Assembly: GCA_973895155.1 (NCBI GenBank)
Contig: OZ316891.1
Coordinates: 5,489,708-5,553,707 of the forward strand
Length of the DNA stretch: 64,000 nt
Direction: 5' to 3'
From: Marsupella aquatica
Taxonomy: Eukaryota > Plantae > Marchantiophyta
Shown here piece by piece: positions 49,849 through 63,567 of this stretch. Positions within the stretch are counted from its first letter, which is position 1. Every line of letters starts with the position of its first letter. A model generated the notes under the pieces. That model was not told the origin of the DNA. It did no database searches and saw only the letters and a program-made list of their open reading frames with translations. The position numbers were made by a program, and so were the translations under genes.

Positions 49849-52800
49849 GACATAAGAATAAATACCCAACATGGATGTGTCAGTGGAGTTCCAACATAGC
49901 CAACCTCATTGCTCCTACTCTCGGCCCAAAACACTTGGATCAGGAAACAAACCCGCTTCTCAAAGTTTACCAACGATTAAAATTTCATCGAGTTTGCAAG
50001 ATCTCTTGAGTAATCAGGATCATGACCTCTATATTTTACAACATTGGGTGTAATGTGACATTTTGAATTTTTAATATTAAAAACTTTACTATCAAAGATG
50101 TTTGCTTTCTTATAAGCACCATTGAAGCTCTTGCAAAGATCTCCTATGTTTTCTCCAATGATCAATTTTGGAAGTTTTCTTGTCTCAAACTTGGATTGTT
50201 TCTCTAGTTCCTCCTTCTTCCCAACATGAAATGTTTCTGTAAAAATGCATTTACCCCATTCCAAGATGGATAACACAAAACTCTCAATGGTTGTGCCGTT
50301 TGTGAGTATAGAAACTTTTGGGAAAGTGAGATTCCAAATGACTGAAAATGCCTATGGTGAGAAATTGCAATTGGCTTCCATGTATGTATGGCTAAACATC
50401 CCAAACATCTCTCTAGAAAAACAATAACAATGAGACCTCCTTTAGAGTGAGACCCTCGAGTAGTGCTCAAGTAGTAGACTTCTTTAAGTGAAGTATTTTT
50501 GGAGAATAGGTGGCATACACTCAGAGAAAAGAGACGATGGGTGCAAGTGAATGAATGTATGACATGTTTTAAAGGCATTGGGTTAGAACAATTTTAGTAT
50601 TGCTCCTTGGTTATATCATTTTATTGCAAACCCAAGGTCTACTCATGAAGCCTAAGGTCTTGCATGTTATTAGGAAAACTATAGCAATGCTCCAATTCTA
50701 ACATCAATATTTTTGCAAAAATAAATTAAACACCTGGAAGAAAATAAATTTACACACCGGAGTTCTTTGTGGTCAAATATATGCTACCTGGTTTTTTATG
50801 AGAATCAGATAACATATAAAAAAAGCGCACATCACCTATTCTATAGAATAAATTAGCACTTGGGTAACTTCCAAAATATTTTATAATTCTTGATTTGAGA
50901 ACCCTGCAAGAAAAAAAGTGAACAACCTTTCTAGAAAATAAAGATGGATTTTAGAACGTTGTGTTTTTTGTAAGTGTTAAAAATCCATGTGACAGCCTTG
51001 CATTAAGTGTCCATTACATTGTTGAATATGTTTTTCACTATTGTTTGTTACTAAACATCAAGAAATTAAAAAACTCATGATTATACCAGCAATGCACATT
51101 TTGTACTTGCCTTTCTTTTCATCCCCATGAAATATTGTAGTGGTACATGGTATGGACGAAGGATGCCGATATGCTAATTTGTAGATATTCTTGTATTATC
51201 ATCGTATAGTCGTACGATCGTGGTACGGTTGTACAGACATATCGAATCCAAAATGTCACCAAAATCAAAATTCCGTCACTAAAAAATTGTCAAATACTAA
51301 AGTATTTTTAATTCCTCATCCAGAGTCCAAATAAAAAAACCAACAATACTTTTTCAGCCTAGAATTATGAGAAGAATCTAAATATGTAATCTATTGCCAA
51401 TTCTATTAAACTCAAATTCTAGACTTTAAAGTTTTGAAGTGAATAAAATGCGAGATAAAGTGAATTTAGAGTTGACGAATGTATGATACACTTTATTAAT
51501 GGATTGAAAAACATAAAGCACAAACATAGATACTGTCCAACGAAAAAAACTGACCATTGCATATGTAATTGACAAAAACTCTAAGCAATTATCATCTCTA
51601 CTCTCTACGAGCAAGTAATCAATCAGTATCATATCCGAGTTTGCAGGAATCAAGAGGAAGAGAATCTCATCGTCTTTCTTTGTAGTGTGCTTCAGTAGTC
51701 TCTTGCCACACCACTTTGTAATCTGCAAAATTACAAAGGATGCAATAGAAGGGCATTAAAAGAAAAATTAAAAACTTTGAGAAGTGAATAAGACAAGGAA
51801 AGAAGCTCTCCCCTTAGTACCTGAGATTTTTAGTCCACGTTGGAATGGATAGTCTTTAATCTTGGGGCCCCTTCTTAGGACAGACAGTCATTGATAGTGG
51901 GGCGATAATCTAGTCATTAAGGCAAGGTGTCGGAATAGAATCGTGAGGAGGGGAAAATTGAAGAAAAATAAAGAAACAGAAGGAACATTAGGAACATCGA
52001 GAAAACAAGGAACATAAACAAGCGAATGCGGCATGATTGAAACAATTCAGAGATATTTTCAGTGGCCATTGGTAGTTTTTGAGTCCAGACCTAAGGTGAT
52101 AGTTTCATGTTCTAATAGTCCACCTCGCTGATATAGAGGCGATTAAGGATGCAGGGCAGGTTGAGAGCTTCTGCTTAGCTTTAGTTTGGAATTGCAATTG
52201 TCTGGCTACGAATCCTCATCCACAGAGAGTTGTCCACGTCGGATGTCCTCACAGATATGACACTGGTCAGATGTGTGCAAGATCATTCGAAGTTGGGTCG
52301 CGCTATAGTAGCAATTGTATGCCACCTAATTAGTAAAAATTATCGTCAAATAATTGATTATAATTCTTAAGTCATTTTTTGGCAAAAAATATTACAATGT
52401 GACTGTATTGCGCTAATTCAAACTCAACACCGCAACGTTTATGAAAAATATTTTGTATGTTGTTTGAAAGATCATCTCCTTTGCACATTCTTTCCATGTT
52501 AAGAAAATCATAAATCTAGGTATAAGATCCCAAATTCATCTCCCCATGAAATTTTTGCAATATCAGTTTACATATGTATAACCATACTAAAATACAAAAG
52601 TGATAGAATTTGAAAAGAGAACATTGAGTTTCACTGATAGACTAAAATTTTGGGGGTTTCACTTCCATAGAATTGACACATCACGTGCGACAAAACACAA
52701 ATTGAATAATTTTATTAGTTTTGAGGAAAAACTTATAGAATTTTATATTTTAGGGTATTATGAATCTAATTTGTAATCTAGCTTGTAAAAAATTTAGAGT

Positions 52801-53787
52801 TATTTAAATCAAAATTTGAAAATTTGAAAATTTTATAGGATTAAAAAAACCTTAGTTTTTATATTTTAATGGATGTAGGGCTTAAAGACGTCACAAGTGA
52901 TAAGGACGTCTATGTAATGAGACCCTAAAACCAAAATTAATTCATTTTGTGATAAGATTGATAGAATATCATCTTTTCATTATACCAAAAGAAATCTATT
53001 TTCCTCATGGTAGTTCTTAGAAGAAAGTTTTTGTATTCTTCTCTTTGTGTTGAAAAATCTATAGTACAATGAATAAAAAATTAAATTCTTCTAATTTTGA
53101 AACAAATAACCATCCAATTTTAAAGTGCATCAGTGTTGAAAATGATATCATTTGATAAATGATGTCCAGATCATCTTTGAATAGAACATGTGCTTAATTA
53201 GGTCTTTCATGTTTTTGGAATATTTTTGTTTGGTTTATCATTCATAAAAGAATAATATAACTCATAAATATTGACATCATGTTAAATTATAGCATTACCC
53301 TTCAAATGATTGTCCAACCAACGAGTCATTAAATCAAGTAAAACATCTTTATCCAAAATAGTATAATCTTCTTGAATGTATAATAGATATCATTTACTAT
53401 ATGATTGAATAAAAAGTAATGTATTCTTTTCTTATTGAACACACTTTTTTATTATCATTTATTGGTGTAATATTTGCCTTTGAAAAAGTAATGTAGTGTT
53501 GAAAGGTATATATAATCCATAATTTATATATACTTACAAAGATTTTTACATGTGATAATGACATTTGTGGATAAAAATTGTGATAAAAATTATTTGTAAC
53601 AACAAATTGATGAAAAAATTAAATTTATTTATTTTATTGATATTTTTGGGTAGCATCTAGCGCTAGCAAAAAACTATCTTTGGATATTAGGTTGGCTTTT
53701 ACATCAAGGGACCAGAATAGGTAATTTTCTCCCCCCCAATGGTTAAGGAGAGAAAGTTTAGTTTCTCTATTGTAAGTTACTATGATT

Positions 53788-53852
53788 CTAGGGTTAGGGT
53801 TAGGTCTAGGTTTTAGAGTTAAGATTAAGATTATGGTTAAGTTTAGGTCTAA
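53788..53852. repeat. Degenerate TTAGGG-like 6-mer array
   Basis: CTAGGGTTAGGGTTAGGTCTAGGTTTTAGAGTTAAGATTAAGATTATGGTTAAGTTTAGG. Confidence 0.6.
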
Positions 53853-56844
53853 CGTATATGATAATGTATTCAAGGAAATAAAATGGTTTTGTTTAATGTT
53901 GATGATTAGTTTTATGTGTTCTTGGTTAAGGATAGTTATGAGTTTTGTGAGCTTTCGGGAAATTAATGTATGAATTTTGTCTTTTCGTATTTGATTTTAA
54001 GGTTTTTTTATTAAGATAAGATTTCTTTTTGTTAACTCTAAATGTGGTTAGGTTAATGAAGTTTTTTAAAAACTTTATTTTTAGATTTTTTTTCTTCAAT
54101 CAATGATAGGTTTAGAAAAAATGAAATTTATGATAAATTTATGATTAGGTTTTATTGCGATTCTTGGTTAAGTGCGCGGATTCCTTTGTAAAAAAAATGT
54201 GTCTTTGTTATATGGGTTGCGGTTATGAAGGGTGTTCAGTTATGTGTATTTTCCTTGGTTAAGTATACATTTTTCTTTATCTCTAGATATTTCTTTGACA
54301 AATTTTGCACTTAAGAAGGATTTTGCACTTAGTGCTACTCGAGGTTTTCTTGACTTTTTGCTTGTGATGTTGAGTAATTTGTTTGTGACTGATTCTCTGT
54401 GCTCTTGTTCCCCTTGTTCCAATGCATTTTTTTTGGTCTCCACTTTTACCTCGTTTCCTTGGACTGGTTTCTTTCAATCTTCAATAGAGTTGTAAGTATC
54501 ATCTCCTTGATATTTGCAGCTTTCCTCAATCTCACGTTCCCTTCATTTTCAAAAATAAAGGCCTTCTTTGTTGTTTTGTGCTCGTGCATCAATTATTCCC
54601 TTTTTTCATGGCTTCACTGCTGCGTCGGTGATTATTGTGTTGTCTTCTCATGAGGTTTCCATCCCTCAAATTTTCTTCAATTCTTTTTGCTATCTGGTTA
54701 TGAGTCTCTTTGTAAGGTCGGGCTTCTCTATTGAGTCCTAATGCATCATTTGTTCTCTGTAGGATGTGATGTCGGCCCTTTCAGATCTTCCCTTGATTGA
54801 ATTTTTTTTATTATGCTCTGCTTTTATTCAATCAGGTCTCTTTGATAGGATTAATCGACTTTAACCCAAGCCTTATTTTGTAGAAACATTTGCACACACA
54901 TTCAATCTACAAATCGCTTTCTTGTCTTTCCTTTTTGTCAATTTTTTTTTCTGCTATGGCTGGCCTATTTGTGATTTGGAGTCAATGTGCAATGACTGAG
55001 GTCTGCAATTTTGATTTGGCCGTGTGTTCCGGGCCACTCTCGTGTTTTAATTCACGCTATTTCTCTGTGTTTGGTGTTTTTTTCTCAGTTCTTGGCATCG
55101 GTAAATTGCTTTCTTTTGTGTGGGTGAGACTCTATTAATCAATTCATTGTTATTACAAGATTTGTTGCACAGGTTCACCTGGTTTCTTTATTGTTTAACT
55201 CTTATTCTGGTCGTGAGGGGTCAATGCAATCTATTGATTGCAATTTGCAAATCGTTCTTTCTGTGTTTTTACCCTCTAATTTGTGCTTTAGGTCTCTACT
55301 ATCTTCATTGCTTTATGCTTTCTTCTTCCCTAGTGGTTTAGGTTTTTCATCTAATTGTAGTATCCGTTGTCAATCCGCCATAGTTTTTTTTTCTTTTTGA
55401 TCCCTAAAAGTGTTAGATTTCAAGGGATACCATAGGGAGGTGAGAGTGGTAATAGGAAGTTTCAACCGTGTTGACTCCTTGGTGTCTTTATATATGTGTA
55501 TGGGATAAAGTATTATCCTATGGATACATTTTATCTCCATTGGGTTATTAGATAACTAGACTAGTATGTCTTACCTTATGGTACCTTACAACCTAATATC
55601 ATATTTCATATATCATATGATACCATATCATGATAAGGTCTATTTTATTTCCAAATTTAATAGTTATGATATGTCATCCAATATTAATGAGTGAGTGTGT
55701 GAACATCCTGTCCAATCGTGTACAAAGATTTCTCATTTTTCAAAATTGACCATATGGTTTCAATCTCATAGAATATAGTATTATTGTTAAATATTGATTG
55801 GCATGAATAAGGCACTTGTGCAATAGGCACAACCCATGGGTTCTATTGCTTGGGGCCAAGCCTTTCATAAGGTCTCCCCCTCAAGTTATCATATATTTTT
55901 CTTTTCTGCTTGAATATATGTAGTAGGCATCCATTTGCTTCCATGTGCAATAGGCATAGAGATTTTATGTGCAGTAGGCACCCTAAAGAAAACATCTCCC
56001 CCTGAATTTATGAAATTGATTGGACAATTCTTACGTGGAGAAATTTCCAGTGTTTTTCGTTCTTATATCTTTCCTTCCCCTTTCATGATATGTTTGTTCC
56101 TTAAATCAATTTTGGCATTGCATGAAATGTCATGGTGGGTAAATCGGGTATTTATAAGATTTTTGGGCATATGAAATAGTGTGATTTCTATTATAAAAAA
56201 TATTTATTTTCCTTCTCTAGTTAATATCGTTCTTTATGAGAAGAAATCATTGTGTATTAACATGCAGTAGTTGAGGAGGAACTCCCCTTTGGCTTCTTTG
56301 GTCTTCTGTGTGGCCTCCTTAAGTTTTTTTTTAAGTACTTCTTGTCTGGTCCCTCTCTCAATGCGTCGAATGCAGTCTTTGTGAAATTAATCTGCTCTTT
56401 GTGTCCATTCCACTCCTGATTTTCAGATGGTACTCATTCTCTTTGCAAAACTTGCTTCTCTCTTGCCTTGGGGAATTCTTTGTTGTGCTAGGATTGATGG
56501 GTTATGGTGTTTGTTCTCTTCTAAAAAATTTCTAGAATGCATTTCTTCTGTAGGGTATTGAATCTTCTAGATTTAATTTAAATTCTATTCAATTTTGCTC
56601 GTTCTCTTCTCTCCATTGATCTGTAAATATGAACGCCAATAACTCCTTCTCTATTGTTGTGCTTATGATCAATGGTGAATGTGGACAACCCCAACGTTCT
56701 ATCCAAAACATCACAAATTACCTACAATCTTTGTCGACTAGTCGAGATGATTTCTAGAATGCAAAATATCACACTCTAAATTCCTCAAATAAATTCCATT
56801 CCAAATGAGAAAATAATAAGTGAGCCCCTCATAAGTTTTGATGC

Positions 56845-57027
56845 CTCAAATCTTTAATTGTTAAATTTCTTCAATCCTTCAATCGTTTGATCAATGAATT
56901 TCTCAAATCCTTAATTGTTAAATTTCTTCAATCCTTCAATCGTTCGATCAATGAATTTTTCAAATCCTTAATTGTTAAATTCTTCAATCCTTCAATCGTT
57001 CAATCAATGATTTCTCAAATCCTTCAA
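56845..57027. repeat. Tandem repeat, 57-bp unit x3
   Basis: (C/T)TCAAATC(C/T)TTAATTGTTAAATTTCTTCAATCCTTCAATCGTT... at 56845, 56902 and 56959. Confidence 0.92.
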
Positions 57028-60000
57028 AGTATCTTCTATTGTGCGATTTTTATTTTTAATTCAAAATTATGGTGAGAATTATAATCAGCTTGGAATCTAT
57101 AAGCATTCAATGTAAATTTGGCCTTTCTCCCAAAGAAAATTGCTATGGGTTTTGATGTGCTCTCCGCTATCCATGTTTGTCCATTCCTTGTTTGTCTCTC
57201 ACCTCTATGTTAGCTTATCGCTCTAGCTGTGAGGTATGTCTGTTTTGCAAGGAACTTTATGGTTTAGACAATTGTCTTGGACAGGTTGGAGAGGCATAGT
57301 GGGTTAATCTCACCAATAACCAGGTCCGCTTCCAACTTGTTTTTCTCTCTACATTTCTGCATACCCCATGAGCCTATAAATTCATTATCTCGTTGTCTCT
57401 AGTTGCCTTGCTATTTTGGAAATCTTCTTCATTCCCGCATGTTTTTCCAGTCATTCATCATCTTGCCAATTACGACAAAAATCAATTCCAATGCAAGGGA
57501 AATCTTTTTTGCATTTGGTGTATTCCTGTCGATAGGTTTCCACATAGATTAAAACATGGCACTCAATTCCAAAGATGTATTTAATGGAATTTCTAGCAAT
57601 GAGTCATGGATTTTGTGAATGTCTCATTTTTCTTTGTCCTTCATTTCTTCGTCCTTCATCTAGGCCCACACAAGATTGCTAAATCTCTTAGTCATTGCTT
57701 CATTCAATTTCTCATAGCTACTATATAGAGCATTGTTGTCCAAAGTGCAAATGGATGCTAACTTTTGGATATTGTTGCCAATAAGCAGACTATGGCCCTC
57801 GCCCTGACAATTTCTTTTTGCATTTCAGGGTTGACCTCCATTAAAACAAGTCTATGAGGTTGGAGGCCTGAACACAATTCGGGCTTGTTTCCAAATTGTG
57901 TCGATTGTACTTATCTTATTCATGGCAGAGCTTGCTCCCAAGTATCATAGTGCCAATTTCATTTTTACGCATTTTGTACGTGCAAGCTCTAGAAGTCCTT
58001 TGGTGTAAGAGCCCAGTCATGGGGGCCATTTGTGCTCCCATCTATTGGATGACCATGATGCACAACCTAAAAGCCGGACAGGTAGCGTTCAATTTAGCAA
58101 ATTTTATCAAGGAAGGGGCTCTTGTGGATTAGTCATGCGTTATCAATGGTCCATGCATCTAGGTGAGATTCCAAGAAGGGCATATTTGATCCTTGCTCAT
58201 GTGGAGCTTGCACACAACTTACTATTGAACTTGCATAAAATGATTTTCACTCGTACGGATGCAGCAGTGAGCATTGATATTGCAATTGAAGTAATGGGGG
58301 TTAAGCAGGGTAGATATGGTTGGCTGGGGGGCTTCATGGACACTCTGGAGAAATATGCTTATAGTTGCACAATTGTATTCCTCACTTTACTAGTGAAGGT
58401 TGCTACTGTATATCCCGTCTGAAGGCTCAAGTCAAATCCACCATGTCAATGCAGGACTTGCAACCCAAGCTAGATAAAATCTATGGTGATCAAGAGTGTA
58501 TCCAAATTGAGACAACACAAATTTACAAACAAGCCGGTGTACAACCTCTTGCAGGATACTTTCCCACATTAATTAGCAACCCTTCCAATCTGGACTGGTT
58601 CAAATTGGAACGGATTATATTACTACCCAAAAAATGTCTCTTGATTACTCATTATAATTCTGATATTTGTTTTCATCAATCCCACAGATGTATATTTTAC
58701 ATTTGAATCTAGGTATGTGTTCATTATATTGTTAAGAGATACAGAGTAGGTTACATCAATTTATGATTAGGTTGACGTCCTTGGTCATCGTCTCTAGCAT
58801 CAATAGCCGGGTGAATAGCTCATTAGTCAGGATCTGGGTCAAGATAGTCACGTGATTCACAACAACAGACAACTATTTTATTTCAAAATAATTAAGTTGG
58901 TTGTCCACCAGCCAATAAACTATTGCTTCTATTACCACCCAGCCAACGCAATGTGGAGTTTTTAATTTTCAAGATGGATATATATACCATTTGGTCAATT
59001 CTCATTTTGTCTTCTCTCCCGCTGGTGCGAGCCATGGGTAATAAGATTCCATCCAATGACATGATATGAGATGGTTCCCATTTTGTAGCTTCTGGGCATT
59101 GTCTTTGTAGAATTCAATTGCAAGTAATATACATGTATATATAATTCCTATTTCTCGTAATGGACTTACTAAAGTGCATGTTGGACTTCCAGCTGTGCTT
59201 CTAATGAAGTAACATTGTCTGTGGGGATGGACTAGTGATAGGAGCCTCAAATTGTTCCAAGAAACCATCAATTGCATGAATTAAGGTGATTCAAGTCTGA
59301 GTGCACAATGTATGTCGAATACATTAAATGTGTTGACAACACTTGAAGACTTGCCTTGGCTGATACCTTGCGTAAATTATCAAATAGGATTTAGGCCCAC
59401 TGTGCTTTGGAAGAACCATTGTTTCCCGTGCACGGTAATATCCTGTGACGAGACTGCACATTAAACTTTGTCCAGGAAGGTTGTCTTGTTTGTTGTTGCG
59501 TGATTATGGCCTGTTTTCTCCAATTGCACTATGCATCAATTTTGAAAAAGGAAACAAGGTCAAGCTTATGTAAAAATGTCTAAAACATGTGTTTCATATT
59601 AAGTTGATCACAGATTACGTGGGACTCATGTCAGGATGATCAAAACATTATAGTAGGTCGATCAAGGAAGTAAATTATGTAGTGTCACGCAACAAAACTA
59701 TATAACAAGCTATATAGCAAAACTCAATTTACTCATGCACCCTGTTGTGGATGACAGCTAGCAGAGACATCAACTATAATCATATTTTGGTTGTTGTTAT
59801 GGATGATTGATAGCAAAGAGATCTAGTATATTAATCATATTTTTGTTGTTGCTGTTGTAGTTGGTGATGCTTTAGAGACTACCATCATCAGTGCATGCAA
59901 TATTGTTTTCCAGGGTAGCCAACTTAGTCTTGTACTTAGCAAATATGTCATTGAGTGAATAATGGCAGGGTTGTAGACTTAGGGCTTAGGTCAATCCATT

Positions 60001-60914
60001 TCTTTTTTTATTGATAAATTTTCATAAATATAAGTTTTCCTCTGATATAATCAGATGTCTTTCTAGTTGAAGGGTTTCTTACACTCCCTTGTTATTACTC
60101 CTTTGTTTATAGTAGTCAAAGAGTTTCTTCCATTATTTTGGTAGAAGTTAGAGTAGGTGAAGTGTTTCTTTCTATCCTTGGTTATTTGAAAAAATTCTCA
60201 ATTAATAGAAATTTAAAGCATTTCCTGGAAAACATTAATCTATTAATCACATCGAACTGTTTTCTTTGTTTTGTCTCAAACAAGAATAGTCAAATTTGGT
60301 TCGTCTTGCATAAGTAACCATTCTTGTTTGTGACCAATAGGGTTGATGTGTCTACACATGAATTGAAGGATTTTGAAAGGAGCTTCCCATTGGGTCCTTA
60401 ATTACTCCATTGCCACCTTTTTCATTGCTGGTAAAGCAAAGTAACCTTAGTTTGAAATGATCCAACAGTCAACATCCTGCCTTTCATCGTCAGATGGTGT
60501 TCATCATTCTCAACTTAACCTCAACACCCCAAACCACCCTTGACCAGGGGAGATGTGGGAGTGGGACAGCCAACCAGGTGGGGGCAGAGAGTGTTTTGGT
60601 AGGAACAAAGTTAGTGAGAGACCCAATCTAATGTCCAAGGGTTGGAAGGCGTGTTGCAATGAGGATAGAGAACATGGATGACCATATGATGGTGAAACCT
60701 GGCCAAATGTCAGCCGTTGGATTGTTTCAAGCTAACTAGAGTGACACTGTTTGTTCAAGTGAAGAAAAAGATGAGAATTCATAATTAAACTAAAAAAAGT
60801 GTAAAAGTATGCATTGTTTATTTCAACAGAGACTAAAAGGTATTTGCTCAATGTACCTCCCAGATTAAAAGAGCTACTTTAATTGATGGGACCAGTGAGG
60901 TTTCGGGGTACGTG

Positions 60915-61076
60915 CCTTGAAGTGCATTTAAGGTCTATTAATGGTCTGGATCACTCAGGTCCCATCAACTCATCAAGTGCCTTTAAGTGCATTTAAGGTC
61001 TATTAATGGTCTGGAAGGTCCCATCAAGTGCATTTAAGGCCTATTAAAGCTCTGAATCACTCAGGTCCCATCAAGT
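60915..61076. repeat. Degenerate local repeats upstream of PIMT
   Basis: AAGTGCATTTAAGG(T/C)CTATTAA x3 and AGGTCCCATCAA x3. Confidence 0.75.
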
Positions 61077-61896
61077 AACACTTTTCCTTTTGGGTCTTTT
61101 GCCCGAGATCATGTCTCCCGGATAGGTGCCCTTTGTTTTTGGCACTTTAATATATATTTTGGGAGGTCCATCAAGCAAAGGCCTTGTTCACAAGGAAGAG
61201 TGTGGCAATGCACTAAATCTCAGAACCCCCAAAAAAGCAAACGTGTCATTTTCCCTTGGCGCCCCTTCATGTTTCATATCTCTCATTATCTATCATTCCA
61301 TTTCTCTGCAATTGTGAAGCGATCCGAATTTATTATTCCGCCCCTCACAATTCGCGACAAGGCGTTTGGCGTTTGTGGGCGATGTGTCTGCTGCCTCTCT
61401 CTGTCCCGAGAGGGAGCTTTGACGACCTCGTCATGATGGAGAAGCTCGCCATCCCGTTCTCCTCCTCGCCTTCCGCATTTCTGGGATTTCTCTGCGCTCA
61501 CGGAATTGGAAACCCTCCTCCCTTGGCGTCGTTGTTGTGATGAGAAGAAGGCTTCAGATTCCTCAGCAACGTCCCGAATCGACTCCTGACTTGACTTGCG
61601 CAGGAAGAGCAAGTGGAAGAGGAAGGGCGAACTGGCAAACTGGCAAACCAACTTTTTCCGTTGTTCCGCATCACTTGATTGATGCGAACGATCGTCGTTG
61701 CACTTTCCTGCGCTCTGTGCCTGAATCTCGTGAATCTGCAACCGATTGCGTGTTGAACAGGGATTTACGCCTTCTACGAGAGGAGAGGAGAGGCGAGGCG
61801 AGAAGGATTATCTGTTCTGCTCTGCTCTCGCCGTTGGCACTGGCTCTGGGCGGTGGTGGTGGTTGCTCGCGAGCAGAGGAGGGAAAGAGGGATGAG

Positions 61897-63567
61897 ATGA
61901 GCTGGAGGTGTCATGGCAAGAACTATGCGGAGCTTATATCCAATCTCCAGAGTGAGTAATTTGGTTTCCTCTCGATCTTATATCCATTCTCCGTCGAGAT
62001 GAATGAATGATTTCATCGTTTTCTCCATCTCTGACGATCTCTTTGATGATGAATATGCGGTCCTCGATCTCATTCCTCCTGTTTGGTCTCGTCGTTTGCC
62101 TTCACTGAGGACTGTGATACCGCATTTTCTCCTCCGTCGATCCAATTCGAGGACCTTATTAAATTTCCAGTCGGTTGGGGACGACACGCTATTCAATTGC
62201 GGCTCTGAACCTTTCGTTAAATTACTAACTCTTGGTGCGCTGGAATTGTTTTGTCTAGCCGTCAATGTCCCAATTGTCGTTATTCAGAGTCGTCTAAATG
62301 TCGGCACAACTGTCTTGCTTTCTTTCCCATTTCACCCGATTTGGGCCACGGGTATTATTAACCTTGACGCAAAGGCCACAATACTTGAAACTAAGAAACC
62401 GTGCGAAATAGCTTCCTCTCTGCCCGAAGGAATTTAGCCCTTAGATCCGACTAACATGAGAATTGTGTGCTATGCATTCAATTGTTGTTCCCCCACGCAA
62501 TTAGCAATTTATATGATTTTTCTGGGGACTTGAGTTTCCTGAAGGAGAGTTTGGGCTGCACATGACTGGGGTCTCAATGGATGACGCTACCATGGTTACT
62601 GGATGCAAAGGGTTTCTGCGGAAGCTTAACAAAGGGCATTTATAATAGAAGTTTCAGGAGAGCTATAACATAGGCACAATGTAGGATTGTGCTACAAGGA
62701 TGCATGGGATTGACGTAAAGACTAATATTTTGTTCGTACTGTGATAGAGCATAAAATTCTCCAATCACCTGAGGTGATAGCAGCCATGTCCAAGATTGAC
62801 CGAGCACACTATGTGCCTGATGGGGCTGCTCCATATGACGATGCTCCCCAGAGTATAGGTATGTATTTCATCTACAGGTTGTTAACCTAAGAGGGAACAG
62901 GGTATCTTAATGTTTTGAAAGTAACGTGAGAGGCCCTGCAGCAAGCCCTATCCAGGTTATTCTTGCGTTGGGCGATTTTGTTGGGCAATTGTATTACTCT
63001 CTAAGAGTACGCTGCATCCAGGCTGAAATTTCTTACTTTGGATTCCCACCCTAAGTCCACTGGTCGCGGCCTTCAATGTTACGTTATTGATGATCAATGT
63101 CCGACGTCTTGCAGGATATGGAGCAACCATCTCAGCACCTCACATGGTACGTTACTAACAATGAGCGTCTTTGCTACGTACTTTTGCGAGCCACATTCCT
63201 ATTATAGTAATCTATATTGACAATCTGAACTGAGCAAAGATTTGTTTTAGGATGTGATAGTTCCAAGATGTAATGTCTGTACAGAGAAGATCTGCATTCT
63301 CGTTCATTCTGACCAGAAAAGCACTTATATGCCCACTAAGGTGCCAGCCATCCTGGGCTCTACATTTTAAGCCTGCAACTTCCCTTCCCGTCACGTTGAC
63401 GATCATTAACTCAACTCGAGCACTCATTAAGATCTGGTTCATTTTAATGGGTTGGGTGACAGCATGGTTACTGCCTCTCCTTACTTGCGGATAACCTGAA
63501 GCCAGGAATGCATGTGCTTGACGTTGGTTCTGGATCCGGCTACTTGACTGCCGTTTTCGCACTTATG
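61897..63567 (+). CDS. PIMT: Protein-L-isoaspartate O-methyltransferase, first four exons (continues past window end)
   Basis: Exons 61897-61951, 62748-62858, 63115-63146, 63463-63567 splice to [101 protein letters not shown]. Confidence 0.95.

Larger units (their letters stand above)
47236..50580 (-). pseudogene. Second ParB/Srx-like multi-exon gene, convergent with the first (heavily decayed)
   Basis: YHFWIIGGQHTVIAYRLL...VVIFWAPY..MMRLVSKTLNH (49155-49571) parallels YWVIGGNHGARA of gene 1. Further exon-like frames at 48805-49092 and 48072-48413, and an acidic terminal exon (GVESDYIEDEDEDEEY, 47236-47333). Outer limits approximate. Confidence 0.5.

Noticed and set aside
54200-56640. Lys-rich minus-strand frames resembling TE ORF1/gag
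   Set aside because: Fragmentary and compositionally biased, with no diagnostic motif.
57200-59520. Possible third ParB-like remnant on the minus strand (CFNGGQP...LVWA)
   Set aside because: Many stops and only a weak partial motif; cannot be supported without a profile search.
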